From Phoronis australis (Eukaryota; Animalia; Phoronida): 64,000 nucleotides of DNA. The translations under genes were made by a program, and so were the position numbers. Positions 51,075-61,800 of the stretch are shown one piece after another. The stretch covers positions 85,219-149,218 of the forward strand of contig NMRA01000329.1 in NCBI GenBank assembly GCA_002633005.1, given 5' to 3'. Under the pieces are notes generated by a model, which saw nothing but the letters and a program-made list of their open reading frames with translations, ran no database searches and was not told the DNA's origin. Numbering within the stretch: position 1 is the stretch's first letter; every line of letters begins with the position of its first letter.

Positions 51075-52794
51075 TAATAGCTTTCAACTCAGCTTGAGTT
51101 TTGGTTGACCTGCTGTCGAGTGAATCGAATTAGGCCTACCTTTATAACAAAAGGTCGTGCGATGGTTACGGTACGTAGAAGCTACGTTAAAAATGAAAGA
51201 GTTGGCGTTCTGCATCCACGTTCGTCTACCCCCACCACACCTCTGGTCAACTGCACTGCCGCCGTGTGGCTCTGTAGTGTTGGCTCAGGCGCCATCCTGT
51301 TATAACCGCAGAGTCTGCTGCAGTGTTGAAAAAGACTAGTGCGATAATTCATCAAAAACGCATTTTACGCGTAAGAGGAAGTGCTAACGTCGCATAACGT
51401 TACAACCGTGCAATTAAACTCACCGCGCTTGTTAAGTTGTACGTCGAATCTTCCTTGCTCTCTGGGTTTACACAGACTCGAAGACAAATGCAAAAGCGCA
51501 CACAGCAGTGTCAAATACATTGGCCCGGATGTGAGAAGCAATTCAGACCTTACTGAAACCCCACACTGATTATTAGGCCTCGCGGATTACTTTTATAAGC
51601 CTAGACGGAGTTTCGCAGCGACACCCTCGGAAGTGCTGTGATAAGACTAGGAAAATGATTCATACTACGTGCTGGTCATTGTGGATATCATTGGGAAGCA
51701 TGTAAATCAAATATCCAGAGGTTAAAAACATTGGCTTTGAAGGAAACAAGATCCGCAACGCATGTGCAGAAAATTGGAAAATCTGACAGGTGGAGGTGTG
51801 GGGAATCGCATCCAATAAGAACGTGTCTCAGTCAAAATAGTAGCGGGGGCGTGTCTATTTTGAATGGTCGTTAGGTAACACGTTATACTCAGGTCAGTAT
51901 CTGACACAATACCACCTGCTCTGTACCCAAGCCATATAGTTTATCACAACACTACCTGTGTCGGACAACTAAATGAGCATAAATCATATCTTAAATAATA
52001 CTGTCACGAAATTCCCTTTTACCGCTCTAGATCAAACGCATTACGATGCCAAAAGAACTTCACTGTAGAGTATTCTAATGTTTTACGACCATATACATGT
52101 ACATACACGTATTCGCGCACTTTGAGTAAAGATAGAGGACCCTAAATAATTTGGACACGTCAAATACTTATCTCCCTTCCTAGTAACAGTGTCCAATTTT
52201 GAATTTCATGATTAGATAACAACAATATCCCTGACCGCAGTTACCTGTGAGTGCATGGACATGTAGAGGCAGATCAGATGAACAACTGTTGGGTTTTCCA
52301 TGGGAAGAGTGATCTTATCACTTTTGAGATGGTTGCAGTAGCACAGCAATGCGATGTTTTATAGCAAGTTGCAATTGTGTATGGTAACACATGGACGATA
52401 TGGACCAATATAATGACTAGAGCCGCAGTTGACCAATGGAATGTAATATATGTTACCCCTCCAGTTGTGGCATAATGCAAATCAAAATAAATTAGTTTCT
52501 GGACTTACTGTACTCTGATGATGGAGTAACCACCCCATCTCGGAGACTATCGGTGACCGTTAGCCTCTTGAGTGTGGCGTCGCATTGTTTAGCCAAGGGA
52601 ATGTAACTGACAACGCATTTTTGAATTATTCACGAGTTACATACAATAAATTACGCTGTGTGTCATGTTCTCAATCTATTAATTTCTCCTCAACAAAGAT
52701 TTGTCAATGCTTCACAGTGCACAATTCAGTTTCTCACTATGTTACTAACGTTGGCAGACTATTTAATTGCTGTAGCTGAATAAGATGGTGTCCG

Positions 52795-52864
52795 TCAAGA
52801 ACATGGATGGAAGGTCTCAGTTCTTTCACTGTCCACTGGAGTGACGGTTGGGCAAAATGAAACA
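52795..52864 (-). CDS. Lipase C terminal exon
   Basis: SVSFCPTVTPVDSERTETFHPCS*. Confidence 0.9.
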
Positions 52865-55800
52865 CTGAAACATAAAGATACCACACGCTTTAATGCCAAT
52901 CATATGAAGGAGGGGATGAATATCCGGTGAAAGAATGAACTTCGTAGACTAGCCGCAGTCCGATAACCGGAAATTCCCGACAAAATAATTCAAACCAGAA
53001 GTAACATTTTAGTCTTCTGTTTAGTGGTCAAATGTATCATCTTTGCATCTTCGATAAAAACTGAAATGTCAATTTTAAGAAAAAGTTCTGTAACCTTTCC
53101 ACAACTTTGTTTGATTGGGTCAACGACAATAAACTTTACTTCAGAGATTCGTTTAATGAAAAAACATGTTTAATACTTTTAGAGTCCAAAGTAAAGACCG
53201 AAATTCGGACTAAGTGAAGACTGAAGACAAACTTTCATGAAAGTACGTTTCATAAAAACAAAGTCGATTTTCGGTCTTCTCTCTTAACTCAGATCGAAGT
53301 TGGTCGGCTGTACAGCATAGGAGAGCATACTAACTACACTTTCGCTACCTGTTGCGAATTCTCAAAAGTATGTGAAGTGATGAAAAAACGAGATACTAGT
53401 ACATGTACAGTATTGGTCTTTAAACTCCAAGTTGGGATTTAGTAACAGCATTGTGGATAGAATTGGGACCTCGTTCACTTGAGAAGACCTTCACGGTTGT
53501 ACAGTATGACATGAAAGCCTCGTTTCAGATTTTTGGGTAAGTCGCACTCCATAGCTTTCAAGGCGCTGTGCTGGTTCTCGAATCGAAAGTAGGTCTTTAA
53601 ATTCACATTGTTCGGGGTCACCAGTTTGCCGAACGTTGGTAAAACAAGATCAAAATTTCCATAACAATTATCCGTTGCAAATTAGGTCTTAAAATTTTCT
53701 GAAGAAATTTCACGAAACGGTGGTAAGACAGGCTGTTCTTGGGTGGGTTCCATGAAAGTGACTTGAGAATTAAGAAAGTTGGGTGGAACGTAGGATCAAA
53801 TAATTGACTTAAGTTTAAGTCACAGGCTCCATGCTAACGAACAGTGCCCTAGCCCCGCTTCATGAAATTTCTTAATACCGAAATCAGTCGAAGCTACAGT
53901 AATTAGGCAGAATGTTAGACTGCTACGGAAAAAAACTTACGATTGGACTTTTGGTCTAAATGACCAAAATTTATGACCATCATCACTGCAAACTTCTTAA
54001 GTATGTTTTACGTGCTTTAACATTAAAATGTTCTTAAATAACATCGAAGTACCGTGGACTCGTAGAGATAATGCAACGCGTCATACTGCACATGTGAAAT
54101 GATATTCTCCAGCCATGCCAGAATCTTCTAACGTAAACGAGATCATAATGTTGTCCAAAATGTTGTACAATATCCCCATACAGATTGTCAAGACCAAGGC
54201 TATTCTTGAAATCGTGTTTTATACATCAATTAAAAATACAAGTAACTCCGTTTAGTCCACATTCCAGACCATACCGGTTTTCAGAGGCCTGATCCATCTT
54301 TTCGTTGGTCGCCAGGCTCAGTCTTTTGTCTGACGTCACGACGCAATAGCCAATTATCTGTCACGCTGATCAGTTGAACGCGCATGCACTCAAAACCGCT
54401 GTAAAAACCTATCGCAGCGTTTTGGCCAATTTTATCGTATTTCTTGCGTGAAAGAAGGATTCTTAACTAACTTTAACGAGGAATTTCAGAAGCTAAACAC
54501 GTTAAAAAATTACTAGTGTCTGTCTTCAACATTTCAATTTATTTCAGCCAATATCGCGGTGTCATAAAATATCGCTGAATAAATGCGATAATTGCCCAGT
54601 ACAGCACAATGCGAAGTTAGATAAAAATCGTGATATTAAGGGCCGACGGCGACACCGGCTGAGGTACTGTAGAAGAGCATTGTGCCAACTTACAGGACAC
54701 CACTGAACGGCCCGGTTTCCTAATGACCTCGCTTGCTGTTGTGGTTTCGCAAGAAGTGGCGAAAGCGCAGTTTGCATGCTCTCCTTTGTCAAAAAATTGA
54801 CTTTACTTATGTCTTAATTAAGACCAAATACCAAAAAAAGTCTTTGTGTTCATGAAACTTTCAGAATTTTTGTCTTCGGTTTTATGTAGTGGTCAGAATT
54901 TCGGTCATAACTTTGACAAATTTTTGGTTTTAATTCAATTTCATGACGCAGGACCCAGATCGATATCATAAAGAAATGGCCACTGTACAGATTGGCGTCT
55001 ATACACATGTATGTTACTACATACTTCTTTGCCTGAGTACAACAGCGGGGAACAGCAAAATCGGTTCCGCATCAACACTACTCTCCGAAAAATCAAGGCG
55101 TATCTACACTCATGTTTTGACAGGAATCGAATCGAATAGACTCTATAACAACACGATAACAGAATTCGTAGCAAGACCAATACCTGTGTGTCTGGTCTCC
55201 AGGAGCAACAGTGATTTCCTTGAAATAAACACTTGGTGTTCTAAACATAAACCAATAGCCAAGCCTAGATAAAGTTACTGTATTCGTCCAACGGAGATCC
55301 ACGGTATCGAGAGGTCCAATGTTTTTGTGCCATGACACGGGGAATCTGTACACTGCACCAGGTTGTATGAAAATGTCACTGAAATTAGGAGAAATAGAAA
55401 TTATTTCGGAAGATTATTGGAAAAATACGATATGCATACGTTTTTCAAAGTCTACAATATGTTTCACTTCAGAACAAAAACGGTTACTACTGTCTCCAGA
55501 ACTTATCGTCATGACAAATACAACAATTAAGACGATCACATGCTTCACGTAAAAAAGGAGTCGAACGACATGACATTTATCTGTTTTCTGTCTTCTTAGA
55601 AGAGTAACTCCCAAATGCTATCCTCAAAGTTAAACTGAACTCCCAGAAACATTGTCAGCAGATATAATACTGTTACGCCGTTGTGACGGCTAATTGGGTC
55701 AACAGCTAAATGACCGGTAATAACAATTGTCGAGCAAAGTTGTAATTACAGGATGACAACTTTCTAAATTTGTTGCTAAAAATGTTCATTTTGAGCCTGA

Positions 55801-58800
55801 TGATGAATTTGTTTTTTCCTATCTATAATGACCAATAATTCCAGGTCATTTTGTCCGAACGCTTTGGGCGTGCAACGTACAGTAGGATTTCTTTCAAAAT
55901 GTAACTCTGAATAATGGCACCGGGCGTTTATTTTACAACTCGTACCGCAACCACGGCCTCCGACGCCTATTCCACTGTTACTATTACTTTTGCTACAGCT
56001 TACAATGTATGCACTGTCGTTAAATCGTTGAACGCACGATGTACAGACATTCGTCAATACACTGTGACAGTAAATTAAAGCTGAATTTCGTTCTGTTTCC
56101 CTGGCAATTTACTCTCATGGGCGCTTACTCTCATGGAATCAGCCTCATACCATTCCTCTGCAAGATAGGGCTCTATTTCTATTGGCAACAAGAGGATTGA
56201 AACCTTCAGCGATTCAGAAAAACGCTTCACAGTGAACTGGGGCTCGCCAACCCTAAAATTGCTAATTAAAAACGATCCATGAACGTGCTGTATTGCTTGT
56301 AGAGGAATATTACGAGAACGATTTTATGAAAGTAAGGCCTAATCCGATTTCCGATTCTAGTCAGTTACTCAGGGCAAAATATAGCTTTAATTCTGGCATG
56401 CGTTAAAGGATACCAAACCCGGTTTTGGCTTATTGATATATATTAAGAACAACTTTCCCATCCAATTTTTGAAACAAAATAATTCTTCTGTAACCCTCGA
56501 CAACCTTTAAAAGTGTGTAGGAAGTTTTAAAAACGCTTTTCAAATTCTGCTAAAGAGGAATCGTGACCTGAGTGTTTACGAATTACAGTCGGCCACCGTG
56601 GGGAAAGACCACCCAGACAGAATAGCGGATTTGCAGCGCAAACGAACTACGCATTGCGTATGTGCGAGTTACTTCCTGCGCGAAGACTCATGGGATACAG
56701 TTTAGCTTGTGGTCAGGCATGTCTTGAGCAGGCTGGATAGTGTGTGCATTTGGAGTGATTTGCAAACTAAAAAACATGTTCCATTTTTTTGCTTTAAAAT
56801 ATCAAGCAAGTCCTCTCTCTCGTTTGTAAACACAGCGTAGCTATGATCAGTGACCGTGTGACCGAGGGCACGACTGTCGTCATGTTCAGTATTGGGGTTA
56901 TCGGCGTTGATTTCGAAATCTCCTCCGGTTTCAGACAAGTTGAGAGTTTTTGGGTTGCTTAACTTTTGTAGCTTTCGCCGTAGATATGGTAGAGACGTTA
57001 ATTTTTAAGAGGAAACTCCGTCGGAATGTTGTTCTCATACGTCTTTTTTCCACCAGGAAAATGTTCGCTTCACACACGATGGCCCCTAGGCAATTACATC
57101 GCAATGGATGCCGCAGGCATTCGGGGTGATAGTACATCCTCACAAAAAGTTACTCATTACAAATTACAGCAAATAAAATCAAATGAACCATACATATAGG
57201 AGCACGGAGTTATAATTAACACATACCACGACTCTGGATACAATTTAGTTAACAAAACTTGAACAAATCGATGAAAATCTGTCGCGGTTTGCTCGAGTTT
57301 CTCTCAGTTACCCGATGCCATTTTGAGGAAGTTACGTGAAATTACGCATGTTGACGAATAAAAAGTCCAAGGGACACACATCTTACAAGTTTCACCCGAT
57401 ACCTTCTCATGCTATTTTACAAGTGTCGCGCGCTAGTGTCACGCGCTAGCGTCACGCACTTTGCTCAGTCTCGCGTTAACCTTTGCCTAACTCACGTGAT
57501 TCAGTTGACATGCTTTGTGGTTATCGCGCACGCGGTGATAAAATTAACGGCAGCCAAAAAAGTGGAGCTGTAATTCTTCGCCAAAGTCAACTTAATTCTA
57601 ACAACTAAGCTTCATCAAAGATATATATATAAGTAGAAAGGACCAATGATGAAAGTAAGCGTTTTTTTATATGATAGTTTTGAGTGTAGAATGTATTTTT
57701 GACGAGGTGAAAACTGGAAATCGGTAACCCAAATCCGGTCACGGCCAGTTTAAAAAACACTGAAGTAAAGAAATGAGTACTGAAAGCGAATGGAAGTATT
57801 GTAGACCCTATATGGCCAACCGTGGGGCTACGTGTTGCCTACTAGATGGCCCCGCGTTGGTTTGAATGCGCTAAATCTCCCCTTACTCTCAGCTCTCCTA
57901 ATGTTGTTTATCCATTTTTCACGAAGTTTTTGGTTTGCAGGGAACACATAGAAACTCAGCTTTTTATCTCTTTTGTTGTTTTTGTAGCAGCCAGGAACAC
58001 AACAAGTGTATCCGCCGTAAGTTTTCTTCGCGCTCATACCGCGTATTATGCTTGTTACTATGGCCGCTTTCGGAAACCTGACCACAGCACCCACAATGCA
58101 CCATTTTAACCTAATTGCAATATGGCGTCGTTGCAAATCCGCTATTGTAATATCCATTCTGTGACGTAGGGAGTATGAATTTTCAGTTAATTCCTGATTT
58201 TATCTTTCAAGATTGACGACAATATTGTATTAGCAGGTGACACAACGAAGATTGTCTAAACTGAGCAAAACAGGGACTAGTATCCTTTTAGGTATCTTAA
58301 AGCGTACGTTGGAGTTAACAAAAGTTCGTCAGTTGATTTGTTTCTTCCGTGCAAGGTGACGTATATTTTGCCATACTTTCTTCTTCCATCGTTGACGACT
58401 GAAACTTTCACCTGGAAGTGGTAACCTACGGACATACGAAGTCATACAAACGTCAACAATGCAGTTGCAATCTATTCCGAATGCAATATGTGAGAGATGG
58501 ACACAAGGGTGAAACATTTTGGAGGCTACTCTAAATGGTTTTAAAACTTTTGTGACAAGGGGTTTGAAATGGGAGTGAAATTATCGTAACAAACTAAAAC
58601 TACGGGAATGCTGAATTTAGTTGTAGGACCGAATGTCCACGTTGGCCTTCTTCAGAATCTGGATATGTGGAATATTCTCGAGATCTCAGGATAATTTCCA
58701 TCTCCAAAAAGCGCGCAGAAAAATTCAAGTGACAGTGAAACTGGCAGATACGGTTTTGCTACTGTCACGTCGCATCCTTTGACAAACAACTTTAGCGTGG

Positions 58801-61800
58801 AACTGTAAGAGACACACATTTGTAAGACATAAGACAATGGCGAGCAAACGTATCCTTTGGTTTGGTCCGAAATTGGTTATTTTTACTAACAGGCTCAGAT
58901 GAAAATGTGACGCTATTTGACGTGTTCCTTCAGATTTACCGGAGAGACGCGAGCTATCATTCTCAGATAACATGCATTTTATTCGTCTTGTTTCAAAAGC
59001 TCACGCAAAATCGTGATTGGATATAGATTGTACATGTAATTCAGCAAAAGTAGTACATGAATATATTTTAGGAAAGCAGACGACGACGAGGAATTTGATT
59101 TTTGACTTTTCACCAATCTGTTATCAATCAGATCACATCATCCTGTCTTTTTAGTAACAATTAGGAAAAAAGATACATTAAAAGCAAAATAACGTCATTA
59201 GTTACAATATCAAATTTTCTTTAATATATGCGTTCAAAATGAGATATCAAAATCGCTATTACAGTTTTGTAACCTTTATCGTTTAATTTTCTTTTTATGC
59301 AAATTAAACCTTTTGCATGAAAATCATGAAAGTCACATTTTTGACAGCCAGTCAAACAAAAACGGAGCACTTTCCCAACTCGAGAACAGCGTATAAAGCA
59401 TGTCATCCGGAAGTTTCATATCAATCCCATCAGGCATTTCTGAAATATGATGTTCCGATTTCATACAGATTTAGACACATTTCTCGTGTCCTACATCACC
59501 TTTAAGATCATGGTACTATAGTTTGTTCCATATCGTTAAAAGCGTGCTGCACCCCTTGAATACATAGTCGGCTATTGCTCTTACTTTTTTCCTCAACAAT
59601 GCGTATTGCGCAATGCGCATCACGAATAAGATCTCGTCACATATGTTTTCATTCGATTACACTAATGTGTAAAACATATTTCATTGAAGACACGACTTTA
59701 ATCTGTTTTTACTAGTTTAATCTCAGTTCTCTATTTAGAGAGTTGGAAAGAACTGAAATTAAACTGGTAAAAACAGATCAAGCTCTTGTCTTCAATGAAA
59801 TATGTATACTAGAAAGATTACTGCCAAATTGTAATGTGTAAAGCGTATAATTATGCGCAATTCAAAATGCCATCTCAAACCCTAGCCCATGCGCAGCAAG
59901 ACGGAAAATCAAACAGAATACACGTTTGTGCCAATCTTTTCTCCGGATTTCTCCATAAGACTTGTACTCTAGTAAACAAAGCTAATAATTTCACAATCTT
60001 TGTGTCTATGAGTGAACAATCCAGAAAATTCCATAAAAAGACTCACATGGACGGGCTTAAAGTTTATTCTTGAAGTTACAATTGCACGCACCGATGTCGT
60101 TCTTTTTGACCTTTTTGAATGTATTTAAAAAGTTCCCATCATGCATTTCCTTAGTCTTTGAGGTTTCAGTTAGCTAATGTGAAACGAATACCATTGTCAA
60201 GCTATTTTACCGAATACCATCAAATGTAATAAAGGGTACTATTTTTATGCCAAATAGTCGCGAACTTTTTAATTTTGAATAAAATTTAGTTATTTCCAAG
60301 TTTCCCGCCAAATGTGTGGAAGACGTTTGAACACTTAACTATCAATTGCAATGGCGGAACACAGTAGCTCAGAAAACGAGGACGATTTTGAGCGAGAACT
60401 GGACAATTATTACGCAGACTGAGAAGAGAGTGCATACGGGCATCACACTCAATTAGTTGAGGAATCAGACAATGAATTCGATTTCCCAATAAGCGAACTT
60501 TCGTCGGCTTAACGCCGTATGAATTCGACCCACTTGCACAATTGTGAGCTACAACCAACTGAACCAAGGTGTGGTTCATATTCAAGAAATAGACACATAA
60601 TAATTACTAAGGCCACAGCAAAAAATGGGTCACTCCTATTCAACATTGCTATGATGGAATGGAAGCTTAGGTGTCGTAGCACTCGATCTGGACCGGGGTC
60701 GAGGAGCTGTCATCACTCGCCCTAGAATGGAAGCAGTTTGTTCGTTATTTATAAAATTTGCAAACATACTTACAAAGTTGAGAGCCATTGATCGTAACGC
60801 TGGTTTTGTGTTTGGTAGAAACACGATTCCTGGAAATGTGCTGTTAAGTATCTTAAGATGTATTAATAAAATTCTTTTTGAGACACAGGGTCATGGTGGG
60901 AACTCGTTAACATTTACGTTCGTGACAGTCGCGCTACGGTACTTACGACAAAAGGGAGATCTGTCGCTCGTGTCTAAGTAGTACTTTGTTGGCAGCTTAG
61001 GTACGTTCTTATCCGCCAAAAATCCCATGCTTGCACATCCATCAGGTCCACAAGTTCCACATAACCCATTCTACAATAACATGCGAGCCGTCGTGTCTTT
61101 ACCCCCAATACAAGATGTTGCAAAATGTCCCGGTGTGTCAACAACGTCTTTTATGCCGTTTCTGCAGAGGCAGGGTCACTAGACCTCCAACTTTGCGTTG
61201 GCTTATGCCAAATGATTTCGAATGCGGCTAGACACCAAGGTATCTAAATGTAGACTTCAATAGTCGTGCACAGGAACTATAACTTATACATGTAGTGTTG
61301 AGTACAACGTGAGTTCACTGCCACTTTTACTTCATCCTCAACAAAATTGTCAATCAATGTTCATTTTTATGGATCAAAAGTAGTCATTGTAAAATGATTT
61401 TGCTCCAAATGAATAATCGAAACTTGACCAGAATGAACTTACAAGTAGACTTGGGACTACTTGTAGTTAGGTTACGCTAAAGTGGCCCGAGAGAGGGGCA
61501 TGGGAGCGAGGTAAGTAACGTTAGAGAACAGGGTTGGTCTGTGGCCGAGCATAGAATTATGTACGTAAGACTTGAAAAGTGGTGTCGGGGCAGTACACCG
61601 AGAGAGAAATACACGTAATGTACTCTAGAAAACTGCTTTCTGCGCGGGCTGGCCCATGGCGTGCGTGTGACTGAGATCTGTACACTAGGTGCCACGTAGA
61701 TGGAGTCCGAGAGCTACGTGTATCAAAAAATACTTGCCTTATACTCCCCAAATGTATCACACGGGTACGCGGTGAATGGGCATTTGGAATTGATGCTTTC

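Larger units (their letters stand above)
56407..58286 (-). mobile_element. Decayed Kolobok-like DNA transposon with a THAP-domain pseudo-ORF, in a lipase C intron
   Basis: Left end TTAA|AGGATACCAAACCCGGTTTTGG; right end CAAAACAGGGACTAGTATCCT|TTTA (imperfect TIR, one-mismatch TTAA). THAP remnant inside. TTAA TSD, RR..YY ends and a THAP domain are described Kolobok traits. Confidence 0.6.

Noticed and set aside
57070-57072. In-frame TGA at the THAP Cys position read as selenocysteine
   Set aside because: The ORF is also interrupted by an insertion and has further stops and frameshifts, so a simple TGC/TGT-to-TGA nonsense change is the parsimonious reading.
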